64,000 bases of DNA from assembly GCA_964016885.1 (NCBI GenBank), contig OZ024742.1, forward strand, positions 353,896,001 through 353,960,000, read 5' to 3'. Shown here piece after piece: positions 47,049 to 63,911 of this stretch. Below the pieces are notes generated by a model. The model made no database searches, was not told where the DNA came from, and saw only the letters and a list, made by a program, of their open reading frames with translations. The position numbers and the translations under genes are program-made. Position 1 is the first letter of the stretch, and each line of letters starts with the position of its first letter. Source of the DNA: Eledone cirrhosa. Its lineage: Eukaryota.

Positions 47049-48250
47049 ATTGTTTCTACTTTTGGCACAAGGCCAGCAATTACCCAGTTAATTACTGGTA
47101 TTTTATGTTATCGACCTCATAAGGATGAAATGCAAAGTTAACCTCGACGGGATTTGAACTCAGATCGTAATGGGACATAACTATGCTGGAAAGCATGGCG
47201 TCCGAACCTCTACTGATACTGCCAATTCACTGCCTAATGTTGGGGATGCAATGCAGTGGTTTAATGATTGTTTCTGATTCGACATGACTACTCCTTGATC
47301 AATATGACAAAGAAGGAAAGCAATTCGGTTAGGTGTGAAACGATCACATTATCTGAAATAATTTTCCTCTTTCAGAAAAATTAGATTGTTTCTGATTTAA
47401 GTACAATAAAAAAAGATTGTCTTGAGGGGAGTCTATTCAACCAACAGCCGTACGTTGGTGGTACTGTATTTTATCAACCTAGTAATGATGAAGGGAAAAG
47501 CTAACTCGGTGGGATTTGCACTTAGAAAGATATGGGACATGGCTATATTTTGTAAACATATTATCCAACTCTGTATCGACACTGCTAATTCAAAAACGCT
47601 TTGAATAAAATAGATTCTGATTTAGGAGCAAGTCCAACAATTTGGGGGCTGGAAGAATAAATAAAATCGACCAAATCGGGATACTTTATTTTAACTAGCC
47701 TTTAATGACGAAAGGTAAAGCTAATCCCGGTGGGATTTGAACACGGAACCAACTGTACTATAACCGAATGCTACAAAGCCCACACTTTACTGATATTTCC
47801 ATTCAGCCAACTGTCTGGAAATAAGGGTTACTTATTTAGGTACTAGGTCAGCAATGTCGGGGAGAGAAAATTCGGTTACATCGACCCCAGTGCGTGACTG
47901 GGACTTTATTTTATCAACCCCGTAAGGATGAAAGATAAAACGACCTCTGGTTGGATTTGAACTCAGAACGTAAGAAGGTAAGGAACCTCATATTTATGCC
48001 ACAAAGAAGGATGTCCGACTCCCTACCGATACTGCCAATCCACTGCCCTACGCTTTGAATATAATTGTTTCTACTTTTGGCACAAGACCAGCAAATAACC
48101 CCCGTGTATTACTGGTACTTTATTTTATCGACGCCGTAAGGATGAAAAGCAAAGTTAAACTCAGCGGGATTTGAAGTCAGAATGGCAAGGGCCGTAACTC
48201 TATGCGTCAAAGCATGGCATCCGACCCTCTACCGATACTGCCCATCCACC
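47049..48250 (-). mobile_element. Cluster of five tRNA-derived SINE copies (47049-47235, ~47440-47592, ~47610-47810, ~47833-48048, 48064-48250)
   Basis: Each has a gatgaaa..aaag..ctc..ggatttgaac-type core; divergence varies. Confidence 0.8.
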
Positions 48251-49084
48251 GGAATATAATAATCGGTGATTTGACTTTAATCTTGTTCCACCTATATGTA
48301 GCTTCATTTAACTCGTTTATGATCAGGGTGTCGTTTTAAAAAAAAAACTGTTATGTTTACTTTTGCAGATGATATTTTGACCAGTCATTTTATAATTGAG
48401 ATACGCGCGAGCAATGATGATGTTGGTGGCTGCGGCTCTGGTAGTGCTGCTGTCGGCAGTAGTTAAAGCCATGTTTACGTCACAAATAAAACGATAGATT
48501 TAGAGAAATTGGAAATATTGTGTAAAATTACATTATTTACGAGACAAATGAAACACAGGATAAAAGCCATATCATTATAACCACTTAAACTTAAACATAC
48601 ATCAAATTAAATTTTAAATGAAAGGTATCAGCTTCGCTGCATCCTCAACAGCATCAATATTAATGAAGACCAGAGTAAAACAACCAGCTATTCAAATTTG
48701 GAAACCATATATATAATATGCAAACAAGACTAAAAGAAATAATATGAACAATATGGTTAACATACATGACAGCAACGCTGATAACAACAATATATTTTTG
48801 ACATTTTATTGTCACTGTTTTTAAATAAAAATATCGTTTAAGTTTTATGTAACTTCATTACATATAATAGTTTTAATCGAATACATTTCACAATTCTTCG
48901 TATTAACTCTATTTATGTTTCCCCTAAAAGAATGAATAAAGCTTAGCATGCAGAATATATCTATGTATACATGGACGTATATATAAATATATTGAGTGTA
49001 TGTTGGTTGTTTACCGACACCTCAGAATGCAGATGTATCACTCGACGAAGTGTGAAGGTTGGTTTGGTTACTCCGGAGTAATTT

Positions 49085-49485
49085 AAAATAAAATAAATAA
49101 GTCAAATATAAAAAATTTGGATTCGTTTATTAAAGATGTGTTGCTATATATATTTCGGTGACAGCCATCTTTGGCTGTGAGCTCTTCAGACTTTCCGAAT
49201 TGGTGTGGTAGAGACGGGTACATATGTCGTTGAGGTGTTTAACTACGTCAATACTCCGAAATGCCCAATTCCTGGTTGGGTTGTTATTTCTCAGAGGAAA
49301 TGATTCCAGTTCCTCAGAGAAATAACGACCCAACCAAGAACTGGGCATATCGGAGTATGGACGGAGTTAAACACCTCAACATGTGTACCCGTTTCTACCA
49401 CACCAATTCGGACTGATGACTGTCACCGAAATAAATATAGCAGTAATAAACGCAGCCAAATTTTAAATATTTGACTTATTTATTT

Positions 49486-49492
<7 letters not shown>
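49085..49492. mobile_element. ORF-less ~400-bp fold-back with HHR-like cores (49141-49193 minus; stem II-deleted 49409-49442 plus)
   Basis: Centre near 49303; CUGAAGA..ACAGCCA/UGGCUGU..GAAA UAUAUAUA; stem I is weak. Confidence 0.75.
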
Positions 49493-49529
<37 letters not shown>

Positions 49530-49534
<5 letters not shown>

Positions 49535-49740
49535 TGACCATTTAAAGTTTAAGCAAATAATCGCTGCTTTCACGCTTAAGGGGATCTTTTGAAACTTAAG
49601 GGTGAAAGCAGCGTTTCTTAGGCTTAAACTTGAATCAGCTATTTTAATAAATATTTGCTCTACGGTCCTTATATATTTGATATATATTTATCCTTATCGA
49701 GCCCCCTTGGGATTTTAGTCTTCAAATTTATTATTATTAT
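49530..49740. mobile_element. Family B terminal fold-back fragment
   Basis: tcgctgctttcac...gtgaaagcagcg inverted pair plus the family B tail. Confidence 0.8.
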
Positions 49741-49856
49741 TATATTTGGTTTTTGAATGTCACGTGAATTAGTACCATACAATTCCCGCCAATTCGTGTT
49801 GCAAACATTCTTGTAGTTAAAACAATATATCTATGTATACATGTACGTATGTATAT

Positions 49857-49920
<64 letters not shown>

Positions 49921-50269
49921 ATATACATACGTACATGTATACATAGATATATTCTGCATTCGCCATCTACGTAAACCCCTTGTTGAGTGAAACAACGCCG
50001 TACACTAAAACTATCCATAATACGAAATATTCACAACCTCTAACTGGATTACCTATGGCGCTATTTTGTTACCCCTTATATATACATATATGTATATAAA
50101 TAACTATATATATGTGTGTGTGTGTTTATACCTATATATGTATATATATATATATATTAGTAAAATGAAAAGAAAATGCTGACAAATTGTTCCCAGTGTA
50201 AAATAGTTTAATTAGGAATAAGTATATATTAGTAATAAGTATTGGTTAGTATTCAGTTATAGTTTTAAG

Positions 50270-50306
50270 TCTTTACCGGTTGCGCATTTCTAATACTTTT
50301 CAAAAA
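50270..50306 (-). ncRNA. Degenerate U3-A8 HHR related to 10414-10451
   Basis: UUUU UUGAAAA GUAUU..AAUGC GCAAC-CG-GUA AAGA; GAAA mutated to GCAA. Confidence 0.5.
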
Positions 50307-50871
50307 ATAATTTTGAGATAGTGCGCCCGTGATGTTTGCTCTAATCTGATCAGTTTGGAAAATTCTTCCTGTTTGTGTGAAAAAAGTGGCTCCAGAGGTA
50401 TTCAGATTTGGTTGGTTTTTGAATGTCACGTGAATTAGTACCATAAAATTCCCGCCAATTCGTGTTGCAAACATTCTTGTAGTTAAAACAATTTGATTGG
50501 TCGGTAGAGGTCACGTGAATGTTAAAAATTGATTTTGCGCCAAATGTAGGTTTATCGAACAGTGTCCTTTTTCGCCTGATTGAGAAGTCACTGAAAAATA
50601 AGTTTATTAAGACAAATATGTGTGCGTGTGTGTAGTAAAGAGGTTCATTGTTGTGATAATGTTCAGTAGGGATGTGCGTGTGAATTGCAGTCATATTGAA
50701 AGATCAACAGTTCAGGTCTCTATTGAGACAAATATGTGTGTGTTTGTGTGTGTGTGTGTGTGTGTAGCAGAGTGGTTCGTGGTAGAGGAAATAAATTCGG
50801 TCATGTGTGTGTACGTGTGTGGGGGATATTTTAACATGTTGAAAGATATTCTCAGCTCTTGTCTTAGACGG

Positions 50872-50951
<80 letters not shown>

Positions 50952-50973
50952 GTGTGTGTGGGTATGTGTGTGT

Positions 50974-51027
<54 letters not shown>

Positions 51028-51280
51028 ATGGACAAGTATTTTTTTGATACTGGTAAAAATGGTGTACATCATTCGATATTTTCTGTAATTTGCAAAACGA
51101 TTCTCTCATAAGAACATCAAAAACATTAATAATAAAAGGGGTGAAATGATGTATAGTATTGTCATAACACCAAGGTGTGTGTGAGTGTCCAGATTGTAGG
51201 TACTGCAAGGGGAATCCATTAAGCCCTGCCGTATGGGAATACTTGTGTAGAAATATGTATGCGCCCATCAGTGTGCGATG

Positions 51281-51323
<43 letters not shown>

Positions 51324-51326
<3 letters not shown>

Positions 51327-51709
51327 CGTTTCTGAATTTGTTTAGCAAGATTTTTTATCTGAAATCGTGTGTTGAAACCGATATTGTTATACTTTGGGAG
51401 GGTCATGTTGCCAATAAGAAACACACGCACCAGTTGCTTTCACATCAATTTATTATATATTTATAAATTTATAAATTTACAAATTTGCAAACTTATAAAT
51501 GTCTGGTTGGTTGGTTGGTTCCACAACCAGTGTGACGAAAGGACTATGACTATATATAAACAACTATCTGGTTGTGGAACCAACCAACCAACCAGAAATT
51601 TATAAGTTTGTAAATTTGGAAATTTATAAATTTATAAATATATAATAAATTGAAGTGAAAGCAACTGGTGCGTGTGTTTCATATTGGCAACATGACCCTC
51701 CCAAAGTAT

Positions 51710-51715
<6 letters not shown>
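51324..51715. mobile_element. Family A pLTR-only fold-back (no ORF)
   Basis: Inverted pair of the family A pLTR joined near 51530, inside the HHR; (TA)n on both sides. Confidence 0.88.
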
Positions 51716-51749
<34 letters not shown>

Positions 51750-52122
51750 TAAGGTTTGTTGGTTCACCACTGGATAGAACTGGTCATTCGTATGGTCAAT
51801 CCTGGTGTAATATTATGAAGAGTACTCAAGGCAGTGGTGGTAGTACATGATAGGCCTGCGCCCCCTTACCAGATATTCATTGGTAGTTTTCGGTTGCCAA
51901 CACTTTGAGGGCGGCTGGCTGTGAAGCTAGTTGGTCAGCCGCCCTCTCTGTCTCTGGTTTCTCGGACACATGATTTTTCGGACCCATGGCTTTTTACATA
52001 TTCCTTTGTTATATTCCAATACCTGATGATATCACCCGATTCATATGGAACCCGGTCATTGAAATGATCATAGTATAATAAACCTTTCAAGGATTTACAC
52101 CAGTCCAGCATCCTGTTATTTC

Positions 52123-52241
<119 letters not shown>

Positions 52242-52252
52242 CACACACACAT

Positions 52253-52307
<55 letters not shown>

Positions 52308-52435
52308 ATAAATGTAATCCGAGTCTTTCGAATATTAATAATAATCTTCGAGTCATTTGCAGTTATGCAAACACACCTCAATGTTATAGCCATGTCAGTA
52401 GAATGAACACTTCATCGTTGCTCTTGTTTTGGCAT

Positions 52436-52501
52436 GTGAACAGAACTGCAGCCACTAATGTTTCTGGGTATCACCCGTCATCAGTACAGCTCACTGTTCA
52501 C
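52436..52501 (-). ncRNA. Type I HHR one substitution from consensus (GUC to GGC)
   Basis: GUGAACAG..GAGCUGUA CUGAUGA C-GGGU-GAU-ACCC-A GAAACA-UUAG-UGGC UGCAGUUC-UGUUCAC. Confidence 0.65.
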
Positions 52502-52557
52502 CTGCAAAACTCTCTGACCTTATGGAAATATTTGCAAACGAATCGAATGTTATTATT

Positions 52558-52741
52558 AGTGGATTGGCAGTATCGGTAGAGGGTCGGACGCCATGCTTTC
52601 CAGCATAGTTACGTCCCTTTACGATCTGAGTTCAAATCCCGCCGAGGTTGACTTTGCCTTTCATCCTTACAGGGTCGATAAAATAAAGTACCAGTAATGC
52701 ACTGGGTAATTGCTGGCCTTGTGCCAAAAGTAGAAACAATT
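52558..52741 (+). mobile_element. tRNA-derived SINE, best-preserved copy
   Basis: A-box-like TGGCAGTATCGG at 52565; B-box GAGTTCAAATCC at 52628; nine copies in the window. Confidence 0.88.
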
Positions 52742-52821
52742 ATTAATATTCGAATAACTCAGATACATGTATTGTATTCAGTCATGTAGAGAGTACATTT
52801 TCTCATCTTTTCTTTTGTATT

Positions 52822-52873
<52 letters not shown>

Positions 52874-54003
52874 GATATTAAATAAATGGAAACTATATTT
52901 ATAAAACCATATTTATATCATTATATATATTTCAGGGATATCATATTAACAATATGTTATGCCTTCTTCAGACAAAATACAATATAGACAGTTTTATAGA
53001 TAAATAGATTTGACATACCGTTCAACATCGACTTGTATTTGAAAAAGTTGATTTGGCAGTGAAAAATTGTAAACAGAAAGAAAGAAAGAAAGAAATAAGG
53101 AAAGAAAGAAAGAAAACGAAGAAAAAGAAGAAAAAGAAGAAATGCATGCAACAAAATAGAGAGATGGAAAGATAGATAAAGAGAAGAACTTCATGTAAAG
53201 AAACAGAGAGAGATATATAGAGAGAGGAAATAGATAGAGATAGATATATATAGAGAAAAGTAGGTAGTTGAACGACGTATCAATGATACATTTATTTATT
53301 TATTTATTTATTTAGCTCTAGTATTAATGTAAGGGAGATATATGTGGTTAGGAAAGAAACCAGCCGTTATATAGAGAGAAAAATGAAAAGTAACCAGACT
53401 TAGGCGAGGCTGAATTTAAAAACCCTATGTTTTAATGTAGAAATATTAGTTCGTATAAAAACCAGGCACTATAATGTAAATATCAGTATTCCAGAATGAG
53501 ACACGTATCTATAATGTGTGAAAAGTAATGATCTTATGTCTAGTTTTAAAAATTCATATGTTTATATGATAACTACAAACATCGATGTGAATTTACGTGA
53601 TCAACTCTGCAAACCCCTATTTCACACGGAGAACATTCTCATTGTGCTATAAAAATTTAAGTATACATATATGTGTATATATACACATATATATAGAGTC
53701 TATATTAATTTTAACAATACTATTCTTGTCTTTACTCTACATGATTATCTATCAAGCAGAAATAGAGGACAGATTTCAATATATTAATAAAAATATCAGA
53801 AACAAAAACAAAAAATAATAATAATAATAATAATAAAAAATAATAAATAAAATAGAAAACTAAAACATATTACATATTAAAAATGAAAATTAAAAATATT
53901 AAAAAATATTAAAATAATAAAAATAAAAACATAATATGCCACGCAAATCGACCACAAAGATCAACCCTTCAAAATTAATTGACAATATATTGCCAAGTTC
54001 ATT

Positions 54004-55860
54004 ATGGTGAAATCTGACAAGACCAACAACCTCTATGGAGTGCAGAAAAACATGTATGATGGCCTCATACTGAAGGAACTGAGGAAAAAGTACAAGGTAG
54101 CAGATAAGGCCGAGCTTGAGAAAATGAATGTTGAAGCATATTGTATAATGCACGAGTTGGAAATTGAGAACAGAACACAACATTTCGTGCCCAGGAAACC
54201 GAAGATCAATATGAAAGATCACAAAAGGAATTTTGAAAATGAGTTGCCAGTTAGATTGATCGCACCATCAAAATCGGACCTGGGCAAATTAAGCAAAAAC
54301 ATTCTTGACAGGGTGATACAGCAAATTAAAAACTTGGATTGTTTACCTAACCTGAGCTTGTGGAAGGGAACTGGAGAGGTTGTTGAGTGGTTTAGGCATA
54401 TTAAATATAACAATAATAATAAGTTTATTCAACTTGATACTGCTAACTATTATTCTTCTATTACCCCTAATCTACTAAATAAGGCACTAAATTACGCATT
54501 CAAACATACAGAGCTAACTAGCAATGAAATGCATATTATATTATCGGCTAGGAAAACAGTGATAGAATTTAATGACCAACTATGGACCAGAGCAGATAGA
54601 GATAGCAATTTTGACATTACTATGGGATCATCCGACTCAGCTCAGGTAACTGACCTTATGGGCTTATTTTTAATCAATTCGCTACATAGGAAAATACCTG
54701 GTACTACCGGAGGTTTATATAGAGATGACATGCTTTTACTTATTGATAATAATAACTCTGAACTAAATAGAAAAAGAAAACAAATTACACATTTTTTTAA
54801 TTACTTTAATCTAAAAATAGAAATTGAGAACAACCATAGAATAGTCAATTTCCTAGATATAACATTAAATCTCAACACATGTCTTCACTATCCATTTCAC
54901 AAGTTGAATGAAAACTTAAACTATGTCAGCTTTAACTCTAACCACCCCAGATCTGTCAAAAACACTATAGTAAACTCTGTTCAAAAACGTATCTCTAGAA
55001 TCTCGTCTAATGGAAAGATTTTCGACGAAAAAGCCCAGTACTACAATGAAGCGTTAGCTAGAGCAGGATATAGTGATAAGATTATGTACATAGATAATGA
55101 TAGACAAACTAAACAAAATACCATCTATTTTAATTACGGCCACAACCTTAACAACTATAATAGAAAGCATTACAGTAATTCCAAAAGCCAAAAAAGAAAT
55201 AGAACTAGGAACATAATATGGGTTGCCCCCCCCCTTCTCACTAAACATTAAAACCCACATCGCTAAACTATTTTTTAAAGCTCTCGATAATCGCTTCCCT
55301 AGAACACATAGGTATCACTCAATTTTCAATAGACATACTATAAAATTACCCTACTCATCCACCAAAAATTTAGCACAAAATATTAATAGAATAAATAATA
55401 GGAACTTAAAACCTAGCGATAATACCATAAATAATATACAAGTTAACAAATGTAACTGTAGAGATAGATCTAAATGTCCGTTAAATAACAACTGCTTAGT
55501 TAAAAATATAATATACAACTGTAATGTTAAAACGGACACTAATTATTTTAACTACGTCGGGTCCACATCGACGGAATTTAAACTTCGCTATAATAACCAC
55601 AAGAATTCTTTCACAGATCCAAGCAAAAAATCTTCAACAGCACTATCAGGCGTACTCTGGCAACTTAGGCAAGATAACGTTAGATATTCGATGGCTTGGA
55701 ATATAGTCTCAAGAGGGATTCCTTTTAATTCATCCCCTTTGAGACATGTGACCTCTGCACGGAGGAGATATTCTTTATACTAAAATCTAAAAATTCCCTT
55801 AATCTACGGACAAATTTATTCAGTTGCTGCAAACATAGATTGAACTCAACTTTTAAATAT
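54004..55860 (+). pseudogene. PLE RT (415-aa open frame, YRDD intact) plus frameshifted GIY-YIG
   Basis: SDKTNNLY; KDHK; QLDTANYYSSI; FDITMGSSDSAQVTDLMG; GLYRDDML; SNHP; CNCRDRSKCPLNNNCL; YVGST. Confidence 0.92.
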
Positions 55861-57233
55861 AAATTTAAATTTAAAATGTAGTATATGTAGTTTGATTTGT
55901 AATTATTTGGGAAACTAGCCGATAAATCTTTCGATTTCTTCTTTTTATTCTTCTTTTTATTTTTATTTTTATTTTAAACATTCTTCATGAAAAATTAAAC
56001 TACCTTAAAAGTTGATGCTCCAAATATATCGAATAAACGTTACACTAGATAAACTTCTATATTAAATATAAGAACATATGTAGAACAAATGGGCATCCTA
56101 AACTTTTGAAATGATTTCTGCTAGACACGATTTGGTAAATAATGTTTAGCTTTATCTGTTTTCGACTCTGATGCTTATAATGAACTTGGCAATATATTGT
56201 CAATTAATTTTGAAGGGTTCATCTTTGTGGTCGATTTGCGTGGCATATTATGTTTTTATTTTTATTATTTTAATATTTTTTAATATTTTTAATTTTCATT
56301 TTTAATATGTAATATTTTTTAGTTTTCTATTTTATTTATTTGTTTATTATTTTTTATTATTATTATTTATTTTTATTATTATTATTATTATTATTATTTT
56401 TTGTTTTTGTTTCTGATATTTTTATTAATATATTGAAATCTGTCCTCTATTTCTGCTTGATAGATAATCATGTAGAGTAAAGACAAGAATAGTATTGTTA
56501 AAATTAATATAGACTCTATATATATGTGTATATATACACATATATGTATACTTAAATTTTTATAGCACAATGAGAATGTTCTCCGTGTGAAATAGGGGTT
56601 TGCAGAGTTGATCACGTAAATTCACATCGATGTTTGTAGTTATCATATAAACATATGAATTTTTAAAACTAGACATAAGATCATTACTTTTCACACATTA
56701 TAGATACGTGTCTCATTCAGGAATACTGATATTTACATTATAGTGCCTGGTTTTTATACGAACTAATATTTCTACATTAAAACATAGGGTTTTTAAATTC
56801 AGCCTCGCCTATGTCTGGTTACTTTTCATTTTTCTCTCTATATAACGGCTGGTTTCTTTCCTAACCACATATATCTCCCTTACATTAATACTAGAGCTAA
56901 ATAAATAAATAAATAAATAAATGTATCATTGATACGTCGTTCAACTACCTACTTTTCTCTATATATATCTATCTCTATCTATTTCCTCTCTCTATATATC
57001 TCTCTCTGTTTCTTTACATGAAGTTCTTCTCTTTATCTATCTTTCCATCTCTCTATTTTGTTGCATGCATTTCTTCTTTTTCTTCTTTTTCTTCGTTTTC
57101 TTTCTTTCTTTCCTTCTTTCTTTCTTTCTTTCTTTCTGTTTACAATTTTTCACTGCCAAATCAACTTTTTCAAATACAAGTCGATGTTGAACGGTATGTC
57201 AAATCTATTTATCTATAAAACTGTCTATATTGT

Positions 57234-57297
57234 ATTTTGTCTGAAGAAGGCAAAACATATTGTTAATATGATATCTCTGAAATATATATAATGAAAT
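57234..57297 (+). ncRNA. Type I HHR, family E pLTR (mirror copy 52915-52978 minus)
   Basis: ATTTTGT CTGAAGA AGG..CATATT/AATATG..TCT GAAA TATATATA ATGAAAT. Confidence 0.8.
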
Positions 57298-57425
57298 AAA
57301 TATGGTTTTATAAATATAGTTTCCATTTATTTAATATCGTAAATATACTCCAAATACTTGTTGAGTGCTTTTATATCAGTTATAAATATTTACTAGTTGT
57401 AACCCAACAATTTAAATATAACTTT

Positions 57426-57504
<79 letters not shown>

Positions 57505-57552
57505 AGAGTATTGAAGTTTGCTTGAAGCATTGTGGTATAATAAGGTACATTT

Positions 57553-60060
57553 CTTTAAGTCGATTGGAAGCCTTGATATTGCAGATGGGTAAATCTCCTG
57601 GTAACAAGATCCGGTGGTGGAGAGAGAGATGTAAATGAGTGTACGATGTCATCCCCAACATCATCAGGAACATCCGCTTACCAGGAAGACTACGTACACC
57701 AGTTTTCCAAAACACCACTAACCGCATACATCGCACGTGTATTAAACAGAGCCTGAGACATCTCAACCACCAATTACACATCCATAAGTGGATATTCTCA
57801 GAGCGGACACATCGACTGTCAATAACACCCGGCGACTTGCTCCTGAAAATAACTAAAGCAATCGACCAGTGCTACCACTCCAGACTCCAATACGAGAAAA
57901 CAATGGCTCTAGCGGAGATTTGAGTGGATCTTGTCTAAACTCCACAACGAGAACATCGACACTAACGAACAGACGGACCAGAACCAAGTGGAAAACAACA
58001 ACGTAACAACCGCCACCGCCGCAGCCACCAACGCGGAGCCACACCTCAACGATGCGACGCACCTGGTCACCGACCTAACCGGCACTCTCACGAGCGACGA
58101 GCTGAAACTCCTACACCTCGGACCCAAGTTCATCGTCTCACAACGACTCGACGACAGACTCAAACTCGACATCGAGGCCAACTTTTGTCGAGCCACTTAC
58201 CAACTTAGGGGGATGACCTCCATCAACAGCGCCCACGCAACCCACCCCAAGTTTCCCAATTACCACCCCGACAATCCACTCTACCCCCCACACACCAACC
58301 ACGACCTCGACACTAAACTCATCAGGCTAAAACACTCCATCTCGGATATACTTCGCAAACACACACGCATACGCACAACACAACCTCATCAAATCTCAAC
58401 TCACCACTCTCTCCAACCTAAAACCGATGAACCTCATCTACCTCCCCTCCGACAAGGCACATGAATTCTGCATCATCAGCAGAGAGGCCTACAACACCCT
58501 GGCCCTCCAACAACTTGACGATGACAGCCTCTCCTCCAAGGTCACGGGAATCACTCCCACGCAGATAGAGGAGCACAACAACGCCGCCTGGACCAACATC
58601 TGCGACCGGCGGAAGCTCCCGTAGAAGCTGAGATACAACCTCCTCACTTCCGAATCAACATCACGGAACAGCGAATGAACCACTGCAACTTCTACTGAAA
58701 TGCAGCCCGCAAGGACCTGTTCACCCACTATAAGTCCGCCCTCCCTAACAGTGCCAAACTGGATACATCACGAACGAGATCGCGCGAGTCAAAAACAGAT
58801 GCAGCGATTCCCCGAGTGGCGTCACTGATAACAAGCGATTCCCCGAGGTGCTGGAGACGAACGGGTACCCTACCTCGATCACAGACAGAGTAGGAGACAC
58901 CAGACACAAGAGACAGAGAGGCACCCAAAGCAAGTGCTTCCTTAAAATTCCACACCTGGCCAAGAATACCACCAACGCTATCCGCAAGGCTATACGGATG
59001 GAGGTCCTCGACATCCACCTGGCCCACTCGGGCCCCTTCCTGCGAAGATTACTCTCCAGGAAACCTGGGAAATCAACTGACGCGTGCTCCCTCAGAGACT
59101 GCCCGATGCGCCATGCGAACTGTTGCCTACGCACATACGTCGTGTAGATAGAATGTAACAAGTGCAACCACTACTATATTGGTAGCATAATACGGCCGCT
59201 GCACATCCGGATCAATGACCACACTATCACCAGGGCCTCGTCTTTCCGGAAACACATAGCCAAATGCGGAAACAAAGACGGAAAGCCCATTGTCACAATT
59301 CTAGCGTATCAAGGAAGCACTTTGGATGAAACGCCTAGGGCCACAATTAAACAACCGATCCGAGACAAGCGAAATGAGGTGGTTGGTTTAAGTAAACAAA
59401 GGATGCAACAACACACGCACACACACACATAAGCGAGACAGCAACACACACACACACACACACACACAGTAGCATTCCACCATACGAACATACTACACAG
59501 CCAATACAGAGGAACAAGGCAACAACACACGCACACACACACTCAAGCGAGACAACAACACATGCACACACACACACAGTAACATTCACCAAACAGGCAG
59601 AGAATACTATGGAATGCGAGCTAGCACCACCCCACTCCCACAATTGAAAAAACTATTTCGGCCGCCGACCTCTGCTTGACCGACCCCATTTCACGCGCAC
59701 GCGCGCTCTGAAGAATATCTCAGATGTTCAAAACACGAACAGCGGAGGACACAATTCGCACCTTTCCGACAGACAACCTCCTCCCACCGGAAAAAAACCC
59801 AATTGATGGATCTGAATCCGAAATATATAGGGACAATTAAATCTCTCCCAAGGTAACTATCTCGTGTTATTATCTTTATTTTTGTCATTTACGCTCTTTC
59901 CTACATTCTTCTACACGCTACAGTCTGGAAGCCACGGCAATGCAGATGGGTAAATCTCCCGGTAACAAGATCCGGTGGTGGAGAGAGAGATGTAAGTGGG
60001 ATCTTGTTTCTGGGAGATTTACCCATCTGCATTGTCGTGGCTTCCAAACGACTTAAAGTA
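57553..60060 (+). mobile_element. GC-richer PLE (Penelope/Poseidon-like) with the RT core deleted
   Basis: DLTGTLTSDELKLLHLGPKF; LIYLPSDK; NGYP; ECNKCNHYYIGS..RPLHIRINDH; direct repeat 57560-57640/59925-60000 plus inverted copy 60001-60060; degenerate HHR at 59704-59744. Confidence 0.8.
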
Positions 60061-60093
60061 TATATATATATATATATATTGAAAACTCCCTTA

Positions 60094-60220
60094 TTACATT
60101 TATTGGATGGTGACGCGCGTTTCGCCACTGATCAGATTATGGAGTCGGGTAAGATCGATAGAGATCGAAACTTGAGCTTACCAGTGGTAAAACGCGCGTC
60201 ACCAACCAATAAATGTAATG
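60094..60220. repeat. Small fold-back carrying HHR 3' halves (GAAAC-GCGC-GTC)
   Basis: Arms 60094-60131 and 60183-60220. Confidence 0.7.
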
Positions 60221-61494
60221 AAGATGTAACCAATCGTCCTTGTTATATTTTCAATTTAATACACTCTGTATAGCCCACACCTCGTCACAGATGTGAACGT
60301 AAGCATCGAGTGCTCACCCGGGTGTACCTAGAGTAACTAGAAGTTACACTACCTGGATATATATATATATATATATATAATAGATAGGTGATGACAATTA
60401 TAATTATAATTATAATTATAATGATGATGATATTGATAATGTGATATCATAATAGATCCAAGTGGTACACTCCGGGTTATGGAATAGATAAAATGGAATT
60501 AAGCTGGTCTAATGTTCTCAAATTTAGTCGCCGATTTATGTCGTCAAAAAATATTTTTTTCAATTTTACTGTTAAGAATAATGTTGTTGTAATATAAAAT
60601 TTGGAAAAGTTCCATATTACAGAGACCACAGTGGGACATACCAATTTGATATGCCTTTGCTCCTGATGGCTTTTTCCACTTGATTTTATATTCCATGTTT
60701 GCATCTTTGAGTTGACAGATTTTATTGGCGAGAGTCGTTGTCTTTGAGAGATTACTTTAGTTACAGAGTGCCTATGTACGTACCATATATTTTATATATT
60801 TTATATTTTTTTATATATCTACTTTTATTTTTATTTACATTTATTCATGTATTAACGTTTATTGATTTATTTGTCCCTATATTCTTCTTTCTAAGCTACG
60901 TTATTTCTAATTATGTTTGTTTCTCCTGTATCTACCATTATCTTTTATATATTTTCTTTTTATAATTCTAACTATAATAATTTCACCTTTTTATTCTTAT
61001 CTTTTTCTTTGTCTTTTTGCTTCTTCTTTCTTCTTTCCTTTCCTTTCTTTCTTTACTGTATCTATCTCCCTTTCTTCCGTTTTTTCTCTCTATATCTTTA
61101 TTATTAATATTATTATTGATGATGTAATTTGAATTTGTAAATTTGCAAGTTACATATATATTTTTTTAACAGTTTCCAAAGATCTAATAGAGTTAACATC
61201 GTATTTAAAATTGAGTGGCAATGATTTTAGTGTTCAGCAATTTTTAGACATTTCTATCAGTGAAACAATTATTAGACTGCAAATAAATCCACTTTTTTGT
61301 ACTGTTGACCATGTTATTCTCCACCTTTTTCAATTGTATTACTCCAAGATAAACTTACTTAGGAATACAAGTGAAATCATAAACTCGTCATCTACGTAAA
61401 CCTCTTGTTGGGTCAAGCAACGCCATAGGCTAAAACTATCCATAATAAGAAGTATTCACAACCTCTAATTGGATTAGCTATAACGATATTTTGT

Positions 61495-63911
<2,417 letters not shown>

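Larger units (their letters stand above)
52873..57341 (+). mobile_element. 5'-truncated PLE (Naiad-like) with ~1.13-kb inverted pLTRs, family E
   Basis: 52873-54005 is the reverse complement of about 56178-57341; an identical 73-aa spurious ORF appears on both arms. Confidence 0.93.

Noticed and set aside
48368-48500. Possible exon or signal-peptide ORF (ttttgcag acceptor; MMMLVAAALVVLLSAVVKA)
   Set aside because: Very short, resembles a decayed trinucleotide tract, and has no partner exons or recognisable domain.
52558-52645. tRNA gene
   Set aside because: A and B boxes are present, but there is no cloverleaf and it continues into a repeated SINE body.
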